DNA from: Eledone cirrhosa
Taxonomy: Eukaryota
NCBI GenBank assembly: GCA_964016885.1
Contig: OZ024747.1
Coordinates: 36,890,001-36,954,000 of the forward strand
Direction of reading: 5' to 3'
Length of the DNA: 64,000 bases
How positions within the stretch are numbered: the stretch's first letter is position 1; each line of letters starts with the position of its first letter. This document shows, one piece after another, positions 14,982 through 28,063 of the stretch. The translations under genes and the position numbers were made by a program. The notes beneath the pieces are model-generated. The model was not told the origin of the DNA, did no database searches, and worked only from the letters and a program-made list of their open reading frames with translations.

Positions 14982-15177
14982 AGAGAAAACATATGTTCTG
15001 TCATAACTTGTGACACTCTTAATATTATACAACAGAGTCTGGAGAGAAGAGATTGTAGCTAATCATTTCAATTGTATGTCACGATGTCGATAAAATGTTG
15101 AAGCTGCATTTAATACGTTTTATTTCTAAGATCATTTGAAAAGAATGAAGTTTTCATCCGATTAAGGAATTATTATG

Positions 15178-15300
15178 GTCTGAGTTCAAATACCGCCAAG
15201 GTTAACTTTGCCTTTCATCCTTACGGGGACGATAAAATAAAGTACCAGTAATACACTGGGATAATTGGTGGCCTTGTGCCAAAAGAAGAAACAATTATTA
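15178..15300 (+). mobile_element. SINE family A, 5'-truncated
   Basis: CTGAGTTCAAATACCGCC...CCTTGTGCCAAAAGAAGAAACAATTAT. Confidence 0.8.
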
Positions 15301-15413
15301 TAGTTATTTCTGGGGAAAGAGAGTTTGCAAATGTTATTGTTGAAAGAGCCATTAGCAGTCCAACCTTTATCCAGAAGAACATGGATTCAGATTAAACAAG
15401 TTCCCTGGTAATG

Positions 15414-15415
<2 letters not shown>

Positions 15416-15444
<29 letters not shown>

Positions 15445-15975
15445 CTTCTTCTTCTTCTTCTTCTTCTTCTTCTTCTTCTTCTTCTTCTTCTTCTTCTTCT
15501 TCTTCTTCTTCGCCCACTTAATCGTAGGAGGGTTGTAGGGGTCAGAGTCCTCAAACAATCCCTCCAGCGGGTCCTATCAGAAGCAACCGTCTCCAATTGA
15601 TATGATTGGATCTCCAAGCGAGATCAGCCAAGCTCATGTATGTTATCCTAACCATTTTGCTCAGAGGTCTACCCATGGGTCTCCTGCCGGTTAGTTTTGC
15701 CGGTAAAATCTGTCCAGCGATTCTTTACTGAGACATTCTAACCACATGTTCATAGTATAGGAGATGTAATCTCTCAATTCAGAAAAGTAGCGGCTATACA
15801 TGAAGTGACTCTCTGATCTCCGAGCTACGTCATTGATCGAGTAAAGTTACTCCAAAGACGCTTCAGAAGAATCCCATTTCGGCCGCTTGTATTTGCGATC
15901 GTATTCTTTCCGTCTTTACCAAAAATTCATGACCCTAGGTAAGGGTTGGCACGAATACCGAATTGAAGATAGCGA
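15416..15975 (-). mobile_element. 3' fragment of RTE-like LINE with (AAG)n tail
   Basis: Degenerate C-terminus GRRPMGRP and VASDRTRWR followed by the (AAG)n tract at 15416-15510. Confidence 0.6.
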
Positions 15976-16430
15976 GTTTTACACCTACTACCTCGAACAT
16001 TCTATATCAGGAGATACAGGCTTTATTTCTTTTGTAATTGTCACAATTCAAATGGGAATGAATGAAATATCAAATAGTCATTAATACTTTTGCTTATTTA
16101 GAGTAAAATATCGACTACAAAAATTAAAAAAAATATTTACATGAGTTTAGTTAAGTTCATTTTTATGGTTTTATTAATGCTTGTAGTAATTGTATTATGC
16201 TACTTAAGATAACCGTGTTTAAACTTGCATCATCTAGAGAGTAAATAACTTCCTTTCTATTCAGTCTAAATCGTAAATGATTAACTAAACGGAAATAATA
16301 AACGTTTAATAATCAATGTAGTTTTGTTATTGAAACTAATTTTCGCCTCTGTCACACTCAAACCTCCTCCTGAGTGTCTCTCACCCTCATATTCTCTTTG
16401 ACTCTTATTTTCTCGCTCTGTCTCTAGACA

Positions 16431-16507
<77 letters not shown>

Positions 16508-16583
16508 ATAATAATAATAATAATATATATATATATAAATATATATATATACATATATATATATATACATATCTCTCTCTCTC

Positions 16584-17110
<527 letters not shown>

Positions 17111-17129
17111 TTACAAGATGCATGTGCTT

Positions 17130-17697
17130 TACCTGGGACGTCACAGTTAGTGACTCTTTTACTTCTTCCCACATTCTGGATGCAGCGATAAGGGCGAGAG
17201 CTACAGCATCCGCAGCTTAACGGAACAAAGTCCTAAAATACCGTGTTCTGTCAGTTAACTACATTATCCAGCCTGTGGAATTCGAGACATTTGGGGCAGT
17301 CGGGCTACTGACAGCGAGGTTCTTATCTTCACTGGCGGCTCGCCAAACAGAGGTAATTGGTGATGCTCGTGAGGGCACTTGGTTGTTCCAGCACCTCAGC
17401 CTCGCCATCACCCCAGGTAACGCTGCGAGCGTGTTGGATTGCCTCAAAAATTATTAGAGAGGTTTCCCAGTGCTCCTCGCTATATTGCTATCTTTTTCTC
17501 TTGTAGCGGCTCGTTTCCACTCTTTCGCCTGCATATTGTTCTGTGTTCTAAGATGTGTGTATTACATGCTTATGTATTTTTTCTCTTTATTTTTTTCCTT
17601 TCCGTTTCCTTTGTATATATTATATTTTTTAGTGTTTTCGTTCTGTAACCATTATATTAAATGAGTTTTTAAAAAAAGAGTTAATAAATAAATAAAA
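17130..17697 (+). mobile_element. 3' fragment of CRE-clade non-LTR retrotransposon (restriction-like endonuclease)
   Basis: WDVTVSDS, then ETFGAVG...LFQHLSLAITPGNAASVL (matches the CRE QRLS.A.QRGNA motif); T-rich UTR and A-rich end. Confidence 0.7.
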
Positions 17698-18144
17698 CTT
17701 TATACTTGTTTTACTCTCCCATTTCCAATTCACCGAACGCTATCATGACTGTATGTGTGTGTTAGTGTAAATGTATATGTGTGAATGTATGTATGTTTGT
17801 GTGAAAGTATGTGTGAATGTATGTGTATTTGCGTGAATGTCCGTGAACGTGTATTTTTATAAGTTTGTGTTGGCGCGATTATAGTTATATACTCATAATA
17901 GTTATATACTCATACATATAGATGTACGTATGTGCACACCCATACGCGTCAACATGTAGAAAATCATAATCTCTATATCTCTCTCATCACACACTCTCTC
18001 TTTCTATATATATGGTAGTTGAAGTGGTGGTGGCGACGACGATATACCGGAAGTGCAACTTTGAAAAGCAGTCAATTTGAAATTATTTATTTTTACGAAA
18101 TTATTGTTGTTTACGAAATTTAGTACATAAATTATGTAATATTC

Positions 18145-18330
18145 GGTGAATTGGCAGTATCGGTAGAGGGTTGGACGCCATGCTTTCTAGCATAGTTACG
18201 TCCCTTTACAGTCTGAGTTCAAACTCCGCCGAGGTTAACTCTGTCTTTCATCCTTACGGGGTCGATAAAATAAAGTACCAGTAATGTACTGAGTAATTGC
18301 TGGCCTTGTGCCTAAAGTAGAAACAATTAT
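18145..18330 (+). mobile_element. SINE family A
   Basis: TTGGCAGTATCGGTAGAG...GAGTTCAAACTCC...GAAACAATTAT. Confidence 0.85.
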
Positions 18331-18497
18331 TTATTCAAAGTAATCCAACTTATTTTACTAACTCGATTAAAAGAAATAAACCGTACGCAGCCCCACAGAC
18401 CTTATTTTATAATAGTTTAGATTGCCCTTAAGTCAGTATTGTTTGTTTGGGTATGGTTGGAGTTGTCATTCCATTCGTTTTACCTGTTTAACTTTGG

Positions 18498-18538
<41 letters not shown>

Positions 18539-18667
18539 TGTAATAAACAACATAAGGCAATTATTCCATTTACCAGTGGTTTCTTAAAAGCAAAAGATTT
18601 TGCTTTCAATCCTCAGAATGAAAAAATCCTGGTCTGTTTATTGAATTTGTATTTTAAAAACAAAAAT

Positions 18668-18731
<64 letters not shown>

Positions 18732-18734
<3 letters not shown>

Positions 18735-20459
18735 GTATTCCTGTCTATTTGTTTATTTGATTGTCTGTTTGTTTGTTCACGAACTCCTCCTGAAAATGTG
18801 TTCCCTTCGATTTATATGAAATTTAAGCCATAGGTAAATGACAACATATGAAGCCTATTCACACAATCTCAGCAAATTTCAATAATATTAAGACACCCTT
18901 ATGGACATTAAACCCCTTATTAGGGTTCCCCGTAGGGCACAAACCCCCGCTGAAAATATTTTCCCTTCAATTTATATGAAATTTAAACCATAGGTAAATG
19001 ACAAGATATGATGCCTAATAACAAATGTTTTGAATTGATATTTCGAAAAGAATTATTTGTAATAAAACTGTTAACCATATTAATGATCAAATGCTAAAAC
19101 TCATCCTGGGGATGGCTACGTATATAAGTCTATCGATAGAACTCCTGACCCCGAGAACGTCATCAACTATCTAATAGAGGTGCTAAATTCATTTGAGCCC
19201 CACGGATTACCCCCACACATTTTGAAACTTAAAGTTGGTGCCCCTATAATGCTCATTCAAAATTTGGTTCCGCCGAAACAATGCAATTGCACACGTTTGT
19301 TCGTTAAGTCCTTAGCTTCCAATCTGATTGAGGCCACGATAATCACAGCGTGCGGTCGGGGCAAGGTTGTGCTCATACCGAGGATGCATCTTTTCCCATC
19401 ATGAGCAGACCTACCTTTCACATTTCGGAGGTCCCAGTTCCCGGTCAGGCCATGCTTCGCAATGTCAATTAACAAAGCCGGAGACAAACACTGTCTGTCG
19501 CGGGAATACATTTGGAGGAGCCGTGTTTCTCTCATGGTCAGCTTTACGTTGGCTGCTCGCGGGTCGGCAGCAAGAGTAATGATTTCGCGTTCGTTCCGCA
19601 AGGAAGAACAAAAAACATTGTGTACAAGGAGGTTTTATAGGATTACCTCGATTCCTAATTTTATAACTTTTTAATTTTTTTATTTTTTGCCTTTTCGTGA
19701 GTACTTTCTAAGTAGCTTAACCTTCACTGGAGTTCACTGGACACTCCCCACCATCTGCCGTACAAATGATGATACTTGCGGCGTTACAAAGCTTCATTCA
19801 ACTCCGACCCTACTCAAATATCAGCTGTTGCTCCTCACCAACCCCCGTTTGGTGGGCCTCGGAGCACCGTGGACAGGTTAGTATTTCACCTCCGTACGAC
19901 TCTCAAAGGGTCAACAATGCTTTAATGACGGGATTTAAATTTTTAAGCGGTTCCCTGCAATTACTTCACACTTCACCAACACCTGGCCTCAGCTCAGCTC
20001 TACTTCCCTCCCTCCGTCGGCACAGCAGCAGGCTCATCTTTTACGTCCGACGTACATGATGCACCAACCATACAATGAACCCCCTTCCTCTTTTTTGGTT
20101 GTCATAATTCGACAATGTTTTCAGGCCCCTGTTTGCGGTTCCCTCAATCCACCCCCTACCCCGTTAAAATATATATTGCCGAACAACTCCATCGCAGCTC
20201 TGTTGTTCGGCTGGAATCGTCTACGCGCGTGTTGCGCAAGTACTGTGAAGCAATAAATTTGAATACTTCTTTGCACAGAGATAATATCAATAGGCGAAAC
20301 TACAATTGTCACTGCTGGCGCAGCTCCTGCTTCGGCAGTGCAGATTTGCAATTCATTCAACCAGTGCCTGGCAGACAAAAAAGTGCTGCCATAAAATGGA
20401 TGGTGCAACCTAACTTTGGTAACTTACTGACCTCGAGCAACGCCGGGCTTTAATGCTAG
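18732..20459 (+). mobile_element. Non-autonomous Helitron with helicase C-terminal remnant (19030-19640)
   Basis: LNSFEPHGLPPHILKLKVGAPIML, homologous to first Helitron; 3' hairpin CTCGAGCAACGCCGGG and CTAG 20456-20459; ~70-bp direct repeat at 18790/18950. Confidence 0.85.
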
Positions 20460-20726
20460 TATATATATATATATATACACACGTTTGTGTATGTGTGTGT
20501 GTGTAGTTGAAGATTCAAGAACCGAAACACAGCGATTCGATTACACAAAGTATAAGATTATCGCATGAAATGGAATAACTTTAGTCTTTCAATAGTCTTT
20601 CAATGAGGTGGTAGTAACGTTCGAGGAACGATGCGAATGGAAGTCTGCATATATATATATGCGTGTGTGTGGGGGGGGGCGTGTGTGTGCGTGTATGTAT
20701 GTATGTATGTATGTATGTATGTATGT

Positions 20727-21237
20727 GGGGTCGCTCTTGAGTGCTACTGGTAACATCTAACCCAGTACAACCTGTCGCATGGTCGGGTAGTCGGTGACTA
20801 AACCGGTAACCCCACCAAGTTTACTTGGTGAGGAGGGTGATTATGGACACCCTGCAGGCCAAAAAACAAAACCTGAGAAATGGCGGAAGAACTCATAAGA
20901 ATCAACGGCCATCTGAAAGTGTGTAAATATGAATATACACAGTGAAGGACTCCTAGCCTTGTCAGGGCATTCTTCTATGAGAAGGCGCCTCAGGAAACTG
21001 GCATAACTCCGATATAAAACCTGCGGCTCAGTAGTTACCGATGATTTTGATCTTTTCTTCTTTTCGGGTTATAGCTACTGTCACTCAGAGAGTCGGATTA
21101 GCTTAGTGCACACTCTTTCCTCACTTTAAAAAATATCTTCCCGCACAGGCATTGCACTATAGAATTAATTAATAATTATCAATAATGGTATATCATGCAA
21201 TGGCTATACTCGATAACGAGGGGGAAGCCACCATCAT
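20727..21237 (+). mobile_element. Bipartite RTE-derived short element, type 1
   Basis: Matches LINE leader 37655-37893 and LINE terminus 41781-41820. Confidence 0.75.
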
Positions 21238-21835
21238 ATATATATATATATATAGTTTTGCGAGGTTTTTTATATGAAATCGTGTGTCGAAACAGATATT
21301 GTTATACTTGGGGAGGGTCATATTTGCGTAATATTGCCAGAATTAATAACAGAACACACTCACTGTTTGGTTGGTTTTCGCTTCTCGCTGTCTTTTATTA
21401 TATCTGCGATCTAACTTACTCGGTCCTCAATGTTGCCATTGACTGACCGGCGGTCAAAAATAATACAGATACAATATAGACACAAACACATATATATATA
21501 TATAGTTTACATAATTTACATAAATATTTCGTTGCACATCTGCAACATCGTCAGTGGTGTTATATTCATTGTTCCTCCTGTTGTGTTGTATGTCTACGCC
21601 ATTTTTTATTCAGTCTGTCTATATATTTATTTATTTATTTGCTTGTTTGTTTATCTTATTTTATTTTGTCTTCTTTGCGCATGCGTTTGCGTGTGTGTAT
21701 AGTGTTATGTGTGATGTGTGACTAGTGTGTATAGTGTTGTGTCTGCTGGGTGACTAGTGTGTGTTTATGTGCTTGTTGTTATTGTGCTTGTGTATGTATT
21801 TATTTATCTTATTTTATTTTATTTTATTTACTTAT

Positions 21836-23387
21836 TTATACTTCTCTTAGGTCAGTGTTGTTTGTTTGGGTGTTGTTGTTGTTCCACTCATTCTTTCTGT
21901 TTAGCTTTGGTCTTCTAATTTCTATTTCACTGGCCTCTCTGATTTGCCTATCTGCTGGGTCATTCCTATGTTTAGATATTATTCTAATTTCTATGTTGTC
22001 TATGTTACCGTCATGTTGTTGTCTAGCATGTTCGTATAGTACTGACCCGTTTTTTCGTCCTTTTAGTTCCCCCCAGTGTTGGTCTATCCTTTCACCTATG
22101 CTACGAGCTGTCTCACCTATGTATGTTGTTGTCATGTTTCTGCAAGTACCCTCTGTACATCTTATGCTATAGACTACGTTTCTAGTTTTACAGTTTATCC
22201 GGGGATTCACCTTACATATGATACACTTCCTATTGGTACAGTGGGTTTTCTTAAAAGGGTAGGTTTTGCTGATCAGGGATTTTATGGTGGTTCCTGGCTT
22301 TTCTACCACCTTTATTTTTAAGTGGGTCTTTCTCAGGGCCTTTCTACACTGGTTAGCTAATTTCCCTCCAGGGGTGGCGTCCACAAACATGACACTCTGA
22401 TATCTCTGGTTGTCGTACCATGATGTGGCCTTCCCTATCTTATGTCTAGCCCTATCTAAGCTATTCCATAATTTGCTCCTGTATAGTGGACAGATTCCTT
22501 TCATGTCCAGTTCTATGAGGGTATTATACTTTTCCATGGCTCCTTCGTATACTCTGACTCTGTCTCTTTGGTTGTAGCCAGAGAACTGCATGCGGTTGAT
22601 GAAGTGTTGGATGTGTCCTTCCATTTCTGTTGGGTCGCACATGCTGGACACATTCTTCATCACTCGTACCAAATCTGCGATCAGAATATTAAACTTAGCA
22701 CTACTGGACATGCTGAGTTTTTGAGTATCAGGTATTTGGAGGTCATGGGTTTAGCATAGTGTGAGTGGAGAATTTGGGCTCTCTCGTCTATAGTGTTAAT
22801 CCAGAGTTCTGTGTCTAATACAGGTAGTCTATTGTTAGGGTGTTTGGAAGGGAAGTCTATAGTTACAGTTGTACTCTGGTGTATGGAATTAGCTATCTGC
22901 TGGATGCTTTCCATCGTGCTACGTTCTAAATCAAACTTGTTAGTGCTCTCTAGTGGGGGTGTTCTTATAACTATATTGATATCATCTACATAACGAGAGT
23001 ACATGATGAGGTCTATGGAGCTTTCATTAAGGAGATCTTTAAGTCTCCTTTCCCACCATACCATGAAAAGGTTGGCAACATCACCAGCTATGCTGACGCC
23101 GATGGCTGCTCCCTCATTTTGGGTGTAGATTTTCTCATTGAACTTAAATATGTGGCCCTTTAGGGTAGTTTTGATACTAGCCCCTATTGCATGTGCGACC
23201 ATTTTTCTTACCTGATCAGTGTTTTGGGGGGTCCGTATGGCTTTGGTCCACCCAATCCACCTTCCTATGGGAGTCTTTTTAGCCATTGAGGTTATGGTGG
23301 GGGGTCTACCTCTTATAGGTCTACTAGGGCAGAAACATCTAAGGTCATGGCTGTCTAGGTAGTCAGTGTCGTAGGTAAGTCTCTGAT
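21836..23387 (-). pseudogene. PLE RT-GIY-YIG ORF with one frameshift near 22700, N-terminally truncated
   Basis: ORFs 22681-23445 and 21836-22711 join at KNSA/MSSSAK. Confidence 0.88.
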
Positions 23388-23641
23388 AAATAAGATAAAT
23401 AAATACATATACAAGCACAATAACAACAAGCACATAAACACACACTAGTCACCCAGCAGACACAACACTATACACACTAGTCACACATCACACATAACAC
23501 TATACACACACGCAAACGCATGCGCAAAGAAGACAAAATAAAATAAGATAAACAAACAAGCAAATAAATAAATAAATATATAGACAGACTGAATAAAAAA
23601 TGGCGTAGACATACAACACAACAGGAGGAACAATGAATATA

Positions 23642-23693
23642 ACACCACTGACGATGTTGCAGATGTGCAACGAAATATTTATGTAAATTATGT
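23642..23693 (+). ncRNA. Hammerhead in inverted pLTR (sense copy at 21509-21560, minus strand)
   Basis: ACACCA-CTGACGA-T-GTTGC AGATGT GCAAC-GAAATATT. Confidence 0.7.
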
Positions 23694-23924
23694 AAACTAT
23701 ATATATATATATGTGTTTGTGTCTATATTGTATCTGTATTATTTTTGACCGCCGGTCAGTCAATGGCAACATTGAGGACCGAGTAAGTTAGATCGCAGAT
23801 ATAATAAAAGACAGCGAGAAGCGAAAACCAACCAAACAGTGAGTGTGTTCTGTTATTAATTCTGGCAATATTACGCAAATATGACCCTCCCCAAGTATAA
23901 CAATATATATATATATATATAGTT

Positions 23925-26720
23925 AGGGAAGCAGAAAATTGCTTATTGTAATCCAGTTCGTGGTTAAGATTTCATGGACGGTTTCAACGCACAAGTTTGT
24001 AAGAATCGCGTTCAATCTTGGAGTATAAAGAATAAAAGAGCAAACGCAGGTAAGCATTAAAAAAATGGTTTTATCCAGGTATTTACGACTTTTTCATTGG
24101 TAAGTGCAAACTTATATCGCTATACTGCAAATAGCAGCCACTCAATAATAATTGTTGTTCACCTCCAAATTTTCAAAATAATGAATAAGTTACTCGTAAA
24201 AGGACCTTAATATATAGAAAAACATTTTTCTTTTAATTGTATTAACTAGTATAAAGAGAGAGGAAGGGGGAGAATAATTAGGAAGTAGAGTGACAAACGG
24301 AGTAGTATAGAGAGAGAGGAAGAATTAGGAAGTAGAGTGACAAACGGAGTAGTATAAAGAGAGAGAGGAAGGGGATAAGAATTAGTAAGTAGAATGACAA
24401 ACGGAGATGGAGGCAGGGGTAGAGGTGGAAGGACTCCTCGATCAGTTTTGATTCGTAGACTTCATGTCGTTAATTTACAGTGTAGGCAGTTAAAGAGAAT
24501 TAAATTGTTTATAGTAGGAGGGAGAGAGAGGGGGGAGATAAAGAGATACATATATATATAAGTAAAAATAAAGAAGGAGGGAAGATAAAAAAGAAAAGAA
24601 AAGAATAGAAAAGAAAAGATAGCAAAAAAAGGAAGAGAAGAAAAGAAGAAAACGAAAAAAAGAAAAAGGAATGAAGGAGAAGGGATGGACATAGGTATTG
24701 GTTATTATGGGTAATTCTTTTTAAAGGAGTTATATTCAATAAGAGGGTAGAAAGTCTAAGTATATGCAGTTTCTCAGGTGGTGGCAAGAGGTTAAGGGTT
24801 CGATTTGAACTTGTAGTGCGAAAACTTTTCTTTGAGTTACAATGAATTGATCTTTCGATTTTATTGTTGAGTAACTTATTCTTCGAACACAAAATGTGGA
24901 ACAGTTCAAGGTCACATAACCGACAGCTTCTCATACCACTCCGATATGGGGGCGCGTTCGATAATTTTTTCCACTTCAGAGTGTATTGATGGTTACTTTC
25001 CCTCAGTTGCCAGGTGTTGTTCGCAAGAGTAGTTATATAACGATGCTTGGAATGTTTCATTGCGTAACGGTGTGTATACCAACGAGCTTTAAATGTATTC
25101 CCAGTCGCTCCGATGTAATACCATTTCTGGTTATCTGATTCCACTGTGCATTGGTAAACCAGGTTAAACTGCATACATTCATTATATATTGGACAGGTTT
25201 CAGGTAGGTGGCAATTCAAATTCTTGTCTTGGGCGACTGGCATTATTGCTGGGCTGCGATGCCCTTACAAGGGTGTTACGTTTTGTTTGCCTTCTAGTGG
25301 GTGGTTGTGTATTAGATATTCTGTTGTGGTCGATGGTAATTGTATTTTTATTGTTATAAATTTTGTTCCGGTGTTGTTACGTATCTTTTTAGCGTTAAGC
25401 ATCTTAATATGTGCCTCTATGTTTGGTGCAGTGGAGTAAGATAGTCTAATAGATTTAGTGTTACGGAATTTGCTGTATTTATGTGAATCTGGAAAGTGTT
25501 TATTTATTATTCTAAAGAAGGTAGAGGGTAGGTTGGTACTAATAGAGGTGTTAAATATGGGGTTATACCAAATATATTTTCTACTGCGTGACCTGTTTGA
25601 TTTTGATGTTGTATTTCTATTTTCAGTATAATCTGTAGTTCTATGCGTAAATGCGTGTGCGTGTGTTTCTGGAGTTTGTGTTGTGCCTGTTCGTGTGTGG
25701 TTTGGTGGAGGCTTTCATCTATATATTCTACTCTATCTAGGTGGCCTGCCTTATCTAATGCAGTATTGTAGTACTCTGCGTGTTCCTCGAAGATTTTTCG
25801 GGTAGACGAGAGGCGGGAGATCCTAAGGGATATGCTGCGTGGGACGGATTTAATTATGGAGAGTGGGTGGTTCGAATGGGTTGATGTATGCTGAGTTTTC
25901 ATTAATCTTGTGAAAAGGTCTTATAAGTCCCGTATTCAGGTTAAGCGTCGCGTCTAGAAAGTTAACTATTTTAGTGCTGTATTCATACGTTATACTAAGG
26001 CCTAGTTTACCGAGAGTCTTTCTAATATTCTTACGCAGTTTTCTACGCTCTGGTTATGTATGTTCTTAACTAGGAGAAGGTCGTCGTCTCTGTAGATTCC
26101 ACCGTGAAGGTTGCTAGATTCGCTCTGTAAACTATGGACTATGTAAATACCTACTAAATCCGTGACTTGAGGCGAGTCATTAGCCCCCATCGTGAGTTCA
26201 AAGTTATTTAATCTATACTTACGTTCCCAATAGGCGTTTTCAAATTTAATTATTGTTTTCCTAGCAGCTAATATAATTTTTATCTCGTCGTCTGTCAAAA
26301 GAGAGCGAAACCAAAGAGTCGGGATTTAGTGATTTAATCCTGCTATGTATATAAGCATTTCTAACATTAATGTTTACCTAATTATGTATGGTTGACCGTA
26401 TATTTAATTAATTTCCACGTGCTGTTGAAATGTTGGGTAAATATTCTATAGCAGGTTACACGCGAAGACGCCACGATGGCGTATTTATTTACTGTTTCTT
26501 CATAGATGCCTTTTCTTCTTATAGCCTGGTCTAATTGATTTTTTGTGTGGTTAATTATGGTGATTGGGAGTAGAGATGATGTATATATATTATCAAATAA
26601 TTCTCTGGACATGCTTTACTCTATAGTATTTCGCTCTGATTAATTTATTAATTCTCCATTGAGCCACATCGTGAAAAGTTGCAAAAACACATATATACCT
26701 GTGACTTTGTTTAATTGGTG

Positions 26721-26725
<5 letters not shown>
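23925..26725 (-). mobile_element. Degenerate Hydra-clade-like PLE
   Basis: RT FELTMGANDS..DLVG..GGIYRDD; thumb SNHP; CHLPETCPIYNEC..LVYQC..YIGATGNTFKARWYTH..CRLC; boundaries approximate. Confidence 0.82.
24247..24406 (+). repeat. ~50-bp purine-rich tandem repeat, 3 copies
   Basis: tagtataaagagagagga...aattaggaagtagagtgacaaacggag repeated. Confidence 0.85.
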
Positions 26726-26766
<41 letters not shown>

Positions 26767-26767
26767 G

Positions 26768-27369
26768 TCAGGTCACCAGTTGGTGCTACTGGTAACATGT
26801 ATCCCAGTACAACCTGTCTCATGGTCGGGTCGTTGGCGACTAAACTGGCAACCCCACCAAGGTTTCTAGGTGAGGAGGGTGACTTTGGACATCCTGCAGG
26901 AATAAAAACAAAACCTGTCAAAGGGCAAAGGAGCTCTTAAGAGTCAATGGCCATCCAAAATCACCGGGAGAGATGACCCCTTAGCCTTTGTCAAGGCAGA
27001 ATTCTAGGAGAAGGAAAACTCTGATATAACACCTGCAACCCTGACGGTATCCAATGATGTTAACTTGTTCTTCTTTTTGGTAAATATCATCTTGTTTAAG
27101 AGAGTGGGACTGGCTTTGTGCAGTGCCTTTGCTCACTATAAAAGCTTCACAGCACAGGCATTGCTTTATATCTGGAGATCTCTCTGCACTTGTCGTCACA
27201 TGGTACCATGGGCCCAGCACTATGTTTCAATAATTGTCACAAGTGTAGTGTTTGTACCAGAGTTTTCAAGTCGCTGGCTGGACTAAACAGTCACACTCGT
27301 TCAGCGCATCGGTAGGAGTTCTACATGGATATAAAGTAGTGGCCGTACTCGAAAACGAGTTGGCAGCCA

Positions 27370-27372
<3 letters not shown>
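26768..27372 (+). mobile_element. Bipartite RTE-derived short element, type 2 (retains a C2H2 finger relic)
   Basis: RTE 5'UTR motif AGGAGAAGGAAAACTCTGA; CSVCTRVFKSLAGLNSHTRSAH near 27244-27309; near-identical to 41850-42264. Confidence 0.75.
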
Positions 27373-27429
<57 letters not shown>

Positions 27430-27432
27430 GTC

Positions 27433-28036
27433 GGGTCACTCTTGAGTACTACTGGTAACATGTAACCCATTACAACCTGCCGCGCATGGTCGGGTTGTTG
27501 GCAACTAAACCGGTGACTCCACCAAGTTTATTTGGTGAGAAGGGTGGTTTGGGACACCCTGCAGGACAAAACACAAAACCTGACAAAGGGCGGAAGAACT
27601 CATAAGTGTCAACGGCCATCCAAAATGTGTAAATATGTATATACATGTATGTATGTGTATATATGTATATATATGTATATATATATATGCATGTGTATGC
27701 ATATGCGCGTGGACATAGAAATAATCGGGCTGGATACCCGATCGCGTAGTTAAACCATTGAGAGTGAAGGATCCCTAGCCTTTGTCAGGGCATTCTTCTA
27801 GGCGAAAGCAGCTCAGGAAACTCGGATGACACCGACTCAGTAGTTACCGATGATGTTGATATTTTCTTCTTTTCAGGTTATGGCTACTGTCAGAGAGTGG
27901 GATTGGCTCAGTGCGCAGTTTTCCTCACTTTAAAAATAATCTTCACGCACAGGCATTGCACGATAGCATTATTTAATAATTATTAATAATGGTATATCGT
28001 GCAATGGCCATACTCGGTAACGAGGGGGCAGCCATC
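27433..28036 (+). mobile_element. Bipartite RTE-derived short element, type 1
   Basis: 27705-27990 matches 37597-37893; 27998-28036 matches 41781-41820. Confidence 0.8.
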
Positions 28037-28063
28037 ATATATATGTATATGTATATATATATA

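Larger units (their letters stand above)
21255..23905 (-). mobile_element. 5'-truncated Penelope-like element (Naiad-like) with ~520-bp inverted pLTR
   Basis: RT QNEGAAIGVSIAG..RYVDD..LPVLD; GIY-YIG with CCHH VVYSIRC..C..YIGET..H..H; 21297-21812 inverted at 23388-23905. Confidence 0.9.

Noticed and set aside
20727-20830. HDV-like ribozyme in the RTE-derived leader (also 26768 and 27433)
   Set aside because: Hairpins and a CUAA motif are present, but I could not build consistent P1/P2 pairing for the double pseudoknot
24247-24406. CRISPR-like or spaced repeat array
   Set aside because: Tandem purine-rich units without unique spacers, in a eukaryotic TE context; same for 52801 and the 28.2-28.9 kb Helitron repeats
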